A stretch of 36,091 nucleotides of DNA from NCBI GenBank assembly GCA_035470985.1, contig DATIQI010000178.1, positions 1 to 36,091 of the forward strand. The letters run 5' to 3'. Source of the DNA: Acidobacteriota bacterium. GTDB taxonomy: Bacteria; Eisenbacteria; RBG-16-71-46; SZUA-252. Position numbers and translations under genes: made by a program. This document shows, piece after piece, positions 21,468-29,554 of this stretch (within the stretch, counting starts at the first letter, position 1; the number at the start of each line of letters is the position of its first letter). The notes under the pieces were generated by a model. The model saw only the letters and a program-made list of their open reading frames with translations. It did no database searches and was not told the origin of the DNA.

Positions 21468-22715
21468 TCAGCGGCGCGGGGTCGCCTCGAGGGACTTCAG
21501 CCTTCGCTCCAGCCGGATCGACTCCTCGCGCAGGCTGTCGAGATGGGTCCGAAGCGATCGGATCTGCTCGGCGCGCGCGGGGGTCGGCCCCGACTCGCCG
21601 CCGATCACGCCGAGGACCGCCTTCACGGGGATGATCTCGGCATCGCGGAGGATCGTGAGGGCGATCTCGTCGCCGGGGTGCTTCGAGCGGACGAGCGACG
21701 TGATCTCCTCCGGCTGCGACATCTCGCGCCCCTCCATCGCGAGGATGCGGTCTCCGACGCGAATCCCGGCCGTCTCGGCGGGACTCCCGTTCCAGATCTT
21801 CACGACGCGCACGCCGAGCGAGTCGGCGGCGGACCCCACGACGAGCCCCACGCCGAGGAACGCGTGGCGCACCGCGCCGTAGGCCGCGAGATCGGAGACG
21901 ATGCGGTCCACCTGATCGACGGGGAGGGCGAGGAGAACGCTGTTCGGCTGGGGCGCCAGCTCTTCGGTTCCCGCCGGTCCGCGGTCCACGCCGTCCTCCT
22001 CGGACTCCGGACGGCTCGCCTGCGCGCGACCGACGACGATCGCGATCCACTCGCCGTCCTCGTTCAGCACGGCGGCGCCGGTCGAGCCGACGTAGGTCGG
22101 CGCGTCGATCTCCACGATCTCGCCGGCGTAGGGGAAGTCGATCCGCTCGCCGCGCCCGACGACGCGTCCCAGGGCGGCCTGCGGGCGCGTGATGGAGACG
22201 TTCGAGATGACCGCGACCCAGGACCCGACGGCGGACGACTGGGGCTGCGCGCGGCGAAGCGAGGGAAGAACGGCGCCGTCGATCTCGAAGAGCGCCAGAT
22301 TCGACGTCCGATCGACGCCGAGGAGGCGCGCCTCCTGCTCGGAGCCCTTGCCGCGGAGGACGCTCAGCGTCCCCCCGGGGAGCGCCATGCTGGCGGTGGT
22401 GATGAGCCGGCGCTCGTCGATGACGACGGCGCTCCCGATGAGGCGGCGGAGCTTCTCGCCCGGACGCGGCGGGCCGTAGCGCATCGGGTAGCCGACGACG
22501 GTGACGATGCTCTGGTTGGCGGCGTCCACGCCGTTCAGGAGGGTTCCCTCGTCCTCGCGGAGCGGACGGGTCTCCTGGGCGAGGAGCGCGGGGGGCGCCG
22601 CGGGGGGCGCGAGCGCGCCGGCGGCGATCAGGGCGAAAATAGCCGCGGCGCGGCGCACGAGGTTCCGCGCGCCGCGCCTTGGGAGGTCGCGGCTAGAACT
22701 CGATGTACACGTCAT
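21468..22715 (-). CDS. HtrA/DegS-like trypsin-fold + PDZ protein with a substituted catalytic triad (predicted pseudoprotease)
   Basis: It shows the S1C fold blocks GSAVVIDERRLITTASM, GVDRTSNLALFEI and IDAPTYVGSTGAAVLNEDGEWIAIVV. A PDZ domain follows (LGVRVVKIWNGSPAETAGIRVGDRILAMEG). The C-terminus is a heptad-like helix (QIRSLRTHLDSLREESIRLERRLKSLE). An alternative GTG start at 22658 gives MRRAAAIFALIAAGALA, a cleaner signal peptide that does not overlap the anti-sigma gene. Confidence 0.8.
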   Translation of the reverse strand: MTCTSSSSRDLPRRGARNLVRRAAAIFALIAAGALAPPAAPPALLAQETRPLREDEGTLLNGVDAANQSIVTVVGYPMRYGPPRPGEKLRRLIGSAVVIDERRLITTASMALPGGTLSVLRGKGSEQEARLLGVDRTSNLALFEIDGAVLPSLRRAQPQSSAVGSWVAVISNVSITRPQAALGRVVGRGERIDFPYAGEIVEIDAPTYVGSTGAAVLNEDGEWIAIVVGRAQASRPESEEDGVDRGPAGTEELAPQPNSVLLALPVDQVDRIVSDLAAYGAVRHAFLGVGLVVGSAADSLGVRVVKIWNGSPAETAGIRVGDRILAMEGREMSQPEEITSLVRSKHPGDEIALTILRDAEIIPVKAVLGVIGGESGPTPARAEQIRSLRTHLDSLREESIRLERRLKSLEATPRR

Positions 22716-23460
22716 CGGAGCCCCGATCCGTGACGGGTACGGCCGATGGCTGCTGCGCCCCGCCGGCCGCGCGGCCCCGCTGCAGGAGGAACTGGTCGGT
22801 GACGTACTCGTCGGTGAAGAGCGCGTTCGGATTCGGAAGGGCCGATTCCAGCTCGGTGCCCTGGCCCGGAGCGGCCCGGTCCACGATCTCGAGCACGCCG
22901 TTCGGCGCGTCGGCGCCGGTCAGGCTCGGCGTCGCGTCGGCCGGAGCGCGCCGCGAGGGCCGCGCGGGAGCCGAGGAGGCGACGACCACGGGCTCCGGCG
23001 TCACCGTCGCTTCGGCGGCGGGCGTCGCGTTGCCCGCCGGCGCGGTCACGGAAGGCGCCTGGCTCGACGAGGCGATCGGCCCGGTCCCGGGGGCGTTCGG
23101 GTCGCCGCGGTTCACGAAGAGGACCGCGAGCGCCAGCGCGCACGCCGCGGCGCCCGTCATGAAGACAGGGCGAAGGCGCGCGGGCTCCAGGAATCCCCGC
23201 AGCCACTCGATCACGGTCGGGCGCATCGCCTCGCCCGAGCGGATCCGATCCATCAGGTCGTCTTCGAAATGGGGGCTCGTCTCGACGACGGTCGCCTTCG
23301 CGGCGTCGCCCAGGAGCGCCAGCGCGCTCTTCATCTCGCGCAGCGAGTGCGAGCAGCGCCGGCAGCCGAGCAGATGCGCCTCGAACGAGCGACGCTCGGC
23401 CTGGCTCAGCGCGTCGTCGAGGAAATCGGAGAAGTGCGATTCGACGGACCGGCAGTTCAT
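22693..23460 (-). CDS. Anti-sigma factor, zf-HC2 type, single-pass membrane protein
   Basis: The ATG overlaps the sigma stop (ATGA). The N-terminus MNCRSVESHFSDFLDDALS...FEAHLLGCRRCSHSL carries the H-x3-C-x2-C zinc motif. A TM segment (VFMTGAAACALALAVLFV) and a Pro/Ala/Ser-rich periplasmic linker follow. A ~70-aa C-terminal region ends ...DDVYIEF. Confidence 0.85.
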   Translation of the reverse strand: MNCRSVESHFSDFLDDALSQAERRSFEAHLLGCRRCSHSLREMKSALALLGDAAKATVVETSPHFEDDLMDRIRSGEAMRPTVIEWLRGFLEPARLRPVFMTGAAACALALAVLFVNRGDPNAPGTGPIASSSQAPSVTAPAGNATPAAEATVTPEPVVVASSAPARPSRRAPADATPSLTGADAPNGVLEIVDRAAPGQGTELESALPNPNALFTDEYVTDQFLLQRGRAAGGAQQPSAVPVTDRGSDDVYIEF

Positions 23461-24083
23461 ACGTCCTCCACGCTCAGATGGGGCCGCAGTCGCTCCTTCA
23501 GCATCAGCCGCGCGCGGTTGATGCGCGAGCGCACCGTGCCGCCGGGGATGCGGAGAATCTGCCCCACTTCTTCGTAACTGAGACCTTCGATGTCCCGAAG
23601 CACCACCGCCTCGCGATAGCGAGGGGGAAGTTTGCGGAGCGCTTCGGCGACCTTCGACCGGATCTCTCCGGCGTTCAGGTCTTCGTCGGGCAAGGGATTC
23701 TGGTCGGGAAACGGCAGCCCCTGGCCGCCCGTCTCTTCTTCGAGGGCGTCGAGGCTGAAGGTGCCTTTGTGCCGGACCCGACTCCGGATCTCGTTCTTCG
23801 TCAGGTTCACCGCGATGGTGAAGATCCACGTGGAGAACTTGCCGCTCTTGCGATAGCGCTCGCGATTGCGGAAGACGCGCAGGAAGACTTCTTGGGAAAT
23901 CTCCTCCGCGCGGTCGCGGTCGTTGATGAACCGCGACACCAGATTCATGATCCGACCGCGATAGCGCTGCACGAGCGCGCGAAACGCGATCTCGGAGCCC
24001 GTGGCGCAGCGCTCCATCACGTCTTCGTCGCTCAGCTCGGACAGCGTGTCGAGCCGTTTCAATCGCACGAGCTCCAGTGGCAC
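23457..24083 (-). CDS. ECF (sigma-70 family, group 4) RNA polymerase sigma factor
   Basis: Region 2 reads AFRALVQRYRGRIMNLVSRFINDRDRAEEISQEVFLRVF...FSTWIFTIAVNL. Region 4 reads LPPRYREAVVLRDIEGLSYEEVGQILRIPGGTVRSRINRARLMLKE. The start is GTG with GGAGGG about 5 nt upstream. Confidence 0.93.
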   Translation of the reverse strand: MPLELVRLKRLDTLSELSDEDVMERCATGSEIAFRALVQRYRGRIMNLVSRFINDRDRAEEISQEVFLRVFRNRERYRKSGKFSTWIFTIAVNLTKNEIRSRVRHKGTFSLDALEEETGGQGLPFPDQNPLPDEDLNAGEIRSKVAEALRKLPPRYREAVVLRDIEGLSYEEVGQILRIPGGTVRSRINRARLMLKERLRPHLSVEDV

Positions 24084-24103
24084 GTCAGCCCTCCAGGTTC
24101 ATG

Positions 24104-24134
24104 CATTCGTACCCCGGCCGGTGAGGCAGGTTCC
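24104..24134 (-). promoter_or_regulatory. Candidate ECF-type autoregulatory promoter
   Basis: The minus strand reads GGAACC, then about 17 nt, then a GTACGAAT-like element, roughly 20-50 nt upstream of the sigma GTG. The -35 GGAAC matches the common ECF -35 element; the -10 assignment is weak. Confidence 0.25.
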
Positions 24135-24195
24135 TCAATTCTCGGTACTTGTGCCGGCCGGCTGAAGCACGGCCCGGGGGGGGTTGAATGGCCCG

Positions 24196-25911
24196 TCAGG
24201 GGGCCTGGAAGAGGGAGATTCCGGCCGGCTTCGTCGTCGCCCGCGGCGCCTTGGAGCGCCCCTCGGCCTCCCGCGCCTCGTTCTCGAGGCGGAGGCTGCG
24301 GCAGACGTCGGCCAGTATCTTGTTGGCGTCCAACGAACTCTCGGGACAGTCGGCCGCCCGGCGGAGGAGTTCCCGGGCGAGTTCCAGCTGACCCATCTCC
24401 CGGCGGAGCCGGCCCAAGAGGAGCAACGCCTTGCCGTTCTTGGGGTTGAGCACGACGGCCCGGTCGAGCGAAGCGATGGCCCGCTCGGGCTTCCCCTTGG
24501 CGAGGCTGGTCGAGGCGAGGAAGGTCAGACATTCGGAGGTCTCTCCACCCGATTCGACGAGCCGCTCGAACGCCCACTCGGCGAGGAGCCTGTCGCCCAT
24601 CGCCTCGGCCGCCGACCCCAGTTCCTGGTAGAGCGAGGGGCTGGCGATGCCGCGCGACGCGCTGTCGCGAATGAGGGCGACGGCCTCTCCGGGATACCCG
24701 AGGAGAGCGTAGCACAGGCTCGCGGCCAGCACCTGGCGGGGGGTTTCGAAGCCGACCGCGCGGGCCGACTCGAGGAGCGCCACGCCCCGGCGCTCGCTCC
24801 CCCTGCGGATCTCGAGGTAGGCCACCACGAGCGACTCTTCACGCGAGACGCCCGTCACCGGCAGGAGCCGGCGGTACTGCTCGAGCGCCTCGCCTTCGTC
24901 GCCCAGGGAGACCGCCGCCCTGGCCCGCAAGGCCGTGGCCCGCGTGTCCGAAACCAGAGGCTTCACGATTTCGGTCGCCTCTCGGCTCCAGCCGGCGCGG
25001 AAGAGTTCCAGGCCCGCGTCCACGCGAAGATCCCCCTCGGGGATCCCGCGCGACGCGGCCCAGCGAATCAGCTGCTTGAAGGCGTCCTTCTTCCCGGTCC
25101 GGTGCAGGAGCGCGCCGTACGCCGCCACGTCGGCGACGCGGGCGTCGGGGAGGAGCGCGAGCGAGCGGAGGAGCGTCTCCTCCAGCACGAGATCGCCGCT
25201 CGCCTGGGCGAATTGAACGCCGAGAGTAAGGACGCGCGGATCATCGGGCCGGAGTTCGAGCGCGAGTTCGAGGGCCTGCTTCGCTTCCTCCAACCGCCCA
25301 TCCTCGAGCGCCAGACTGAGGGTACCGGTGGCGATCCACGCGAAATCGGGGAGGAGAATGTCGGTCCGCTTCAAGTCCGCCAGGGCGGCCTCGTAGCGCC
25401 GCGCCAGCTCGTGGGCCAAAGCCCGGAGCCCGTACAGCTCGGGCGGCGCGCCCAGCTGCCTCAGAGGAGGGGTCAGGACCTGCACCGCGCCCGCCGCTTC
25501 CCCGGCGCGGAGCCGCATCCGGCCCACGAGCATCGCCGCGTCGACGTTCGCGCTGTCGCGCGCGAGCGCCTTCTCGCCCCAGGCGAGGGCTTCGAAATCC
25601 TGGCCCATCGTCTCGTAGAGGACGGCCACGCGCGCGTGCGCGAAGGCGCTGGCCGGACGGTACGCGGCGAGCGACTCGGCCCAGGCGATCGCGCCTTCGG
25701 CGTCGCCGGCCGCTTCGGCCAATTCGGAGCGCGCGAGGAGGGTCAGGTCGGGAGGGGGGAGCAAGCGGTATTGGGCATGCGCCGACGGCGCCGCCAAGAA
25801 CGCGAACGAAAGCGCCAAACCGAGGACTGTCACCGGAACCGCCCTTTGAACTCCCACCCCGATTCGCACCAGTCGTCTCCATATCCAGAAAAGGGAACGA
25901 GGAAGGCCCAT
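24196..25911 (-). CDS. Secreted TPR-repeat protein
   Basis: It has a signal peptide (…VLGLALSFAFLAAPSAHAQ) followed by many TPR-like helical hairpins along its length (e.g. AEGAIAWAESLAAYRP, FEALAWGEKALARDSANV, LEEAKQALELALELRPDDP, PERAIASLDRAVVLNPKNGKALLLLGRL). A GGGGAGGAAGG RBS precedes the ATG. Confidence 0.75.
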   Translation of the reverse strand: MGLPRSLFWIWRRLVRIGVGVQRAVPVTVLGLALSFAFLAAPSAHAQYRLLPPPDLTLLARSELAEAAGDAEGAIAWAESLAAYRPASAFAHARVAVLYETMGQDFEALAWGEKALARDSANVDAAMLVGRMRLRAGEAAGAVQVLTPPLRQLGAPPELYGLRALAHELARRYEAALADLKRTDILLPDFAWIATGTLSLALEDGRLEEAKQALELALELRPDDPRVLTLGVQFAQASGDLVLEETLLRSLALLPDARVADVAAYGALLHRTGKKDAFKQLIRWAASRGIPEGDLRVDAGLELFRAGWSREATEIVKPLVSDTRATALRARAAVSLGDEGEALEQYRRLLPVTGVSREESLVVAYLEIRRGSERRGVALLESARAVGFETPRQVLAASLCYALLGYPGEAVALIRDSASRGIASPSLYQELGSAAEAMGDRLLAEWAFERLVESGGETSECLTFLASTSLAKGKPERAIASLDRAVVLNPKNGKALLLLGRLRREMGQLELARELLRRAADCPESSLDANKILADVCRSLRLENEAREAEGRSKAPRATTKPAGISLFQAP

Positions 25912-25946
25912 CGGAGCCTTCCTCCCCTGTTCGAGACGACGACAGT

Positions 25947-25975
25947 ATTATAGCGGCTTAGTTCTCGCCGCGCAA
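25947..25975 (-). promoter_or_regulatory. Candidate strong sigma-70-type promoter (TTGCGC-N17-TATAAT)
   Basis: The minus strand reads TTGCGCggcgagaactaagccgcTATAAT. The -35 element lies inside the last codons of rnc. The -10 is a perfect consensus hexamer in an AT-rich pocket of the 46-nt rnc/TPR spacer, about 35 nt before the TPR ATG. Confidence 0.45.
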
Positions 25976-27145
25976 GCTCGATGACCCTACGGGCGGCTCG
26001 TTCGTCCCTTCTCCGCCTCCCGGCGACTCGCCTCCGGAGGGCGTTCCCTCCGTCCGGCCCTCGCCGCGCCCCTTCCCGCCCCGGCGGCCGCGTCCTCCGC
26101 GACGCCGGCGACGCCGTCCGTCGCGGTCGGTGCCCCGTTCCCGCTCGATCCGGTCGGCCGCGGCCTCCGCCGCCTCCGCCGTCTCACCGCCGCGAGCCGG
26201 ACGCGACTCGCTCCGGTCGTTCCCATGCCGCTCGCGCCCCTCGCGCCCTTCCTTCCCCTCGCGCCCTTCCCGGCCTTCTCGGCCTTCGCGACCTTCCCGG
26301 CCTTCCCGGCCTTCCCGGCCGTTCCGTCCGCCGCGGTGCGGCGCCGCGCGCCGCTCCGGCCGTCCGGTGGCCTTCTCGAAGTGGAGGAGCGCGTCGCGTG
26401 CCGCTTCCTGCTCGGCCTCCTTCTTGTTCTTGCCGTGCCCGCGACCGATGGTCTTCCCCGAGACGACCACCTCCACCGTGAAGAGCTTCTGGTGGTCGGG
26501 GCCGTTCTCGCTGGAGATCCGGTACTGGGGGTGGCTCTTGAATTCGCCCTGCACGAACTCCTGCAGCATCGACTTGTAGTTCGCCAGGTCGGCGTCGCTG
26601 AGGATCGTGTGGACTTCCTTGAGGAGGAGCCGCGCCGTGAGCTGCCGCGCCGGCTCCAGCCCGCCGTCCAAGTAGATCGCCCCGATCACCCCTTCCAGCG
26701 TGTCCGCGAGGATGGAGGCGCGGCTCCGGCCCCCCGATCCCCGCTCGGCCTCGCTGAGGAGGATGTAGTGCCCGAGGCCCATCTGGCTCGCGACGCGGGA
26801 GAGGATGACGCGGCTCACGAGGAGCGACTTCATCTTCGTCATCTCGCCTTCGCGGAGCTTCGTGAATTTCTTGTAGAGGAATTCGTTCACCACGAGGCCC
26901 ACCACCGAGTCGCCGAGGAACTCCAGGCGCTCGTTCGACTCCCCGCCGCGGCCGGGGGCCGCGTGGAGGTACGAACGGTGGGTCATGGCCAGGCGCGCGA
27001 GCGACGCGTCCTTGAACTTGTAGTGGACGCAGCGCTCCAGCCCGCGCAGATCGAAATCGCGGTCCTTGCCGCGAGGGGCCGGCGCCGCGGGGCGCTCCAG
27101 CCCGAAGAGCTTTCTTAGGAATTGCACGATGTCGGACGCCGCCAC
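25958..27145 (-). CDS. rnc: Ribonuclease III with a ~137-aa Arg/Gly/Glu-rich C-terminal extension
   Basis: The RNase III signature NERLEFLGDSVVGLVV is present, as is the second acidic site LADTLEGVIGAIYLDGG. The dsRBD reads YKSMLQEFVQ...PQYRI...GPDHQKLFTVEV...GRGHGKNKKEAEQEAARDAL. The start is GTG with GGAGGA 10 nt upstream. Confidence 0.93.
   Translation of the reverse strand: MAASDIVQFLRKLFGLERPAAPAPRGKDRDFDLRGLERCVHYKFKDASLARLAMTHRSYLHAAPGRGGESNERLEFLGDSVVGLVVNEFLYKKFTKLREGEMTKMKSLLVSRVILSRVASQMGLGHYILLSEAERGSGGRSRASILADTLEGVIGAIYLDGGLEPARQLTARLLLKEVHTILSDADLANYKSMLQEFVQGEFKSHPQYRISSENGPDHQKLFTVEVVVSGKTIGRGHGKNKKEAEQEAARDALLHFEKATGRPERRAAPHRGGRNGREGREGREGREGREGREGREGKEGREGRERHGNDRSESRPARGGETAEAAEAAADRIERERGTDRDGRRRRRRGGRGRRGGKGRGEGRTEGTPSGGESPGGGEGTNEPPVGSSSLRGEN
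26236..26327. repeat. Imperfect 9-bp tandem repeat (~10 units, core ccttcccgg x3 perfect), in-frame within rnc
   Basis: A 9-nt periodicity is visible from ~26236. Three perfect copies lie at ~26292-26318. On the minus strand the tract encodes GREGREGREGREGREGREGKEGREGRE. Confidence 0.8.
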
Positions 27146-27160
27146 GAAGGCGGCGTCCTC

Positions 27161-28417
27161 CTACGCCATGTACCGCGACAACGCCAGGGTGACGTTATGC
27201 CCGCCAAAGCCCAGTGAATTGGAGAGGGCCGCCTGCACTTCGACCGTGCGTGCAGTGTTGGGGACGTAGTCGAGGTCGCAGTCGGGATCCGGGTTCTCGT
27301 AATTGATCGTCGGGGGGAGCGTATGACTCCGCAGGGCGAGGACGCAGATCACGGTCTCGAGCCCTCCGGCCGCTCCCAGGAGATGCCCCGTCATCGACTT
27401 CGTCGAGCTGACGGCGATCTTACCGGCGTGTTCCCCGAATACCGACTTGATGGCCTGTGTTTCGAATTTGTCGTTGAGCGGCGTGGAGGTGCCGTGGGCG
27501 TTCAAGTATCCGAACGATTCGGGTGGGATCCCCGAATCGGCGATCGCCGCCCTCATGGCCCGCGCCGCACCCTCACCCTCGGGGGCGGGCGCGGTCATGT
27601 GATGGGCATCTCCCGTGGCGCCGTAACCGACGACCTCGGCCAGGATGGTGGCCCCCCGGCGTTTCGCATGCTCGAGCTCTTCGAGCACCAGGACGCCCGC
27701 GCCCTCCCCCATCACGAATCCATCGCGCTGGGAATCGAAGGGTCGCGACGCCCGGCCCGGGTCGTCGTTCCGCGTGGACATGGCTTTCATGGAGCAGAAC
27801 CCGGCGAACGATACGGGGGTCACCGGCGCCTCGGCGCCTCCCGTGATCATGACGTCCGCCTCGTCGTTCTGGATGTGCCGCATCGCGTCTCCGACCGCGT
27901 GGGCGCCCGACGCGCACGCCGAAACCGTGCAGTAGTTGGGGCCCTTGGCGCCGAGCTGGATCGAGATCTGCCCGGCGGCCATGTCGGAGATCATCATCGG
28001 GATGAAGAACGGGCTGACGCGTCCCGGCCCCTTCTCGAGCAGCGTGCGGTGCTGGTCCTCGAGGGTGGCGATGCCGCCGATGCCGGATCCCACGATCACG
28101 CCGTAGCGCGTGGGATCGACGGTCTCGGCCGAGACGCCCGCCTGCTTCACGGCTTGCACCGCGGCGCCGATCGCGTACTGAACGAAGAGGTCGGCCCTCC
28201 GGACTTCCTTGCGATCCAGGTAGTCCTCGGCCTTGAATCCCTGCACCTCTCCGGCGATCGTGGTGTCGTAGCCGGTCGTGTCGAAACGCGTGACGCGACC
28301 GATGCCCGACTCGCCCGCGACGAGCCGCCGCCAGAACGTTTCGACGTCCGAACCGAGAGGGGACACCACTCCCAGTCCGGTGACGACGACCCGTCGCGGC
28401 GTAGCGTTCTTCTTCAT
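27161..28417 (-). CDS. fabF: Beta-ketoacyl-ACP synthase II
   Basis: [13 protein letters not shown]..., the active-site region [15 protein letters not shown], and [10 protein letters not shown]...[12 protein letters not shown]...GFGGHN show the canonical FabF Cys-His-His architecture. Confidence 0.96.
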   Translation of the reverse strand: MKKNATPRRVVVTGLGVVSPLGSDVETFWRRLVAGESGIGRVTRFDTTGYDTTIAGEVQGFKAEDYLDRKEVRRADLFVQYAIGAAVQAVKQAGVSAETVDPTRYGVIVGSGIGGIATLEDQHRTLLEKGPGRVSPFFIPMMISDMAAGQISIQLGAKGPNYCTVSACASGAHAVGDAMRHIQNDEADVMITGGAEAPVTPVSFAGFCSMKAMSTRNDDPGRASRPFDSQRDGFVMGEGAGVLVLEELEHAKRRGATILAEVVGYGATGDAHHMTAPAPEGEGAARAMRAAIADSGIPPESFGYLNAHGTSTPLNDKFETQAIKSVFGEHAGKIAVSSTKSMTGHLLGAAGGLETVICVLALRSHTLPPTINYENPDPDCDLDYVPNTARTVEVQAALSNSLGFGGHNVTLALSRYMA

Positions 28418-28495
28418 GACGTGGGTAGGCTCCGTGACGGCGCGCCCGCCGGATTCCCCGTCCGGCCGCGCGCCGCGCGCTCGCGAGCGCGTTCC

Positions 28496-28744
28496 TTAGG
28501 CGTTCTTCGGGACGTGCGACTCGAGGTACTTGATGGCGTCGGCGACCGTCGTCATCTTCTCCGCGTCCTCGTCCGGAATCTCGAGGTCGAACGCCTCCTC
28601 CAGGGCCATCACCAGCTCCACCGTGTCCAGCGAGTCGGCGCCGAGGTCGTCGATGAACGACGCTTCCGGCGTGACCTGCTCGGGCGCGACGCCCAACTGG
28701 TCCACGATGATCTGCTTGACGCGGTCCTCACTAAACGTTGCCAT
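28496..28744 (-). CDS. acpP: Acyl carrier protein
   Basis: It is an 82-aa protein with the phosphopantetheine attachment motif [17 protein letters not shown]. Confidence 0.96.
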   Translation of the reverse strand: MATFSEDRVKQIIVDQLGVAPEQVTPEASFIDDLGADSLDTVELVMALEEAFDLEIPDEDAEKMTTVADAIKYLESHVPKNA

Positions 28745-28792
28745 GCTGTGACCTTCCTCCGTTTGATGCGTCTCCGCCCGGGCGGGACGCGC

Positions 28793-29554
28793 CTACATCA
28801 CCATGCCGCCGTCGACCGGCAGCACTTGACCCGTGACGTACCCGGCGTCCTCCGAACAGAGGAAGGCCACCGCGTGCGCCACGTCATCGGCCGTTCCGAG
28901 CCGGCCGAGCGGGATCCGGGCCTGGAGGCCCTCCCGCACTTCGTCTCCAAGCGCTTCGGTCATCGCCGTTTGGATGAACCCGGGCGCCACTGCGTTCACG
29001 GTAATATGCCGAGAGGCCAATTCCTTGGCAACGGACTTCGTCAGCCCGATCAGGCCCGCTTTCGAGGCCGCGTAGTTCGCCTGCCCCGCGTTGCCGATCA
29101 GCCCGATCACCGACGTGATGTTCACGATCCGCCCCCAGCGCTGCTTCATCATCGGCTTCGTGAAGGCGCGGATGGCGCGGAAGGCCCCCTTCAGATTCGT
29201 GTCCACGACCGCGTCCCAGTCCTCGTCCGACATCCGAAGGAGGAGCCCGTCGCGCGTGACGCCGGCGTTGTTCACCAGGATGTCCGCGCGGCCGAACGCC
29301 TGGAGCGCCGCGGCGCAGAGCTTGTCGCCTTCGCCCGCCTTCCCGAGGTCCACGACGACGGCCAGCGCGCGCCCACCGGCCGCGGCGGTCTCGGCGACGA
29401 ACGCGTCGAGCGCGGCCTGGTCGCGGCCCGCGACGACGACGGCGCAGCCCTCCTTCGCGAGGCGGCGCGCGATGGCGAGGCCGATCCCCTTCCCGCCTCC
29501 CGTGACGACGGCGACGCGCGCTCCCTCGTGCGGTGCGGCCGGGGCGGCGCTCAC
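28793..29554 (-). CDS. fabG: 3-oxoacyl-ACP reductase
   Basis: The GTG start overlaps the fabD stop (GTGA). SDR motifs are VVTGGGKGIG, NNAG, S...YAASK and PGFIQT. Its position between fabD and acpP supports the call. Confidence 0.93.
   Translation of the reverse strand: MSAAPAAPHEGARVAVVTGGGKGIGLAIARRLAKEGCAVVVAGRDQAALDAFVAETAAAGGRALAVVVDLGKAGEGDKLCAAALQAFGRADILVNNAGVTRDGLLLRMSDEDWDAVVDTNLKGAFRAIRAFTKPMMKQRWGRIVNITSVIGLIGNAGQANYAASKAGLIGLTKSVAKELASRHITVNAVAPGFIQTAMTEALGDEVREGLQARIPLGRLGTADDVAHAVAFLCSEDAGYVTGQVLPVDGGMVM

Noticed and set aside
26236-26327. A possible CRISPR array or other non-coding repeat array (also considered at 18235..18270 and 34413..34533)
   Set aside because: The units are 9, 12 and 33 bp with no spacers. 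They are in frame and encode low-complexity peptide repeats inside rnc, the TPR gene and sucD. They are not CRISPR and not intergenic.
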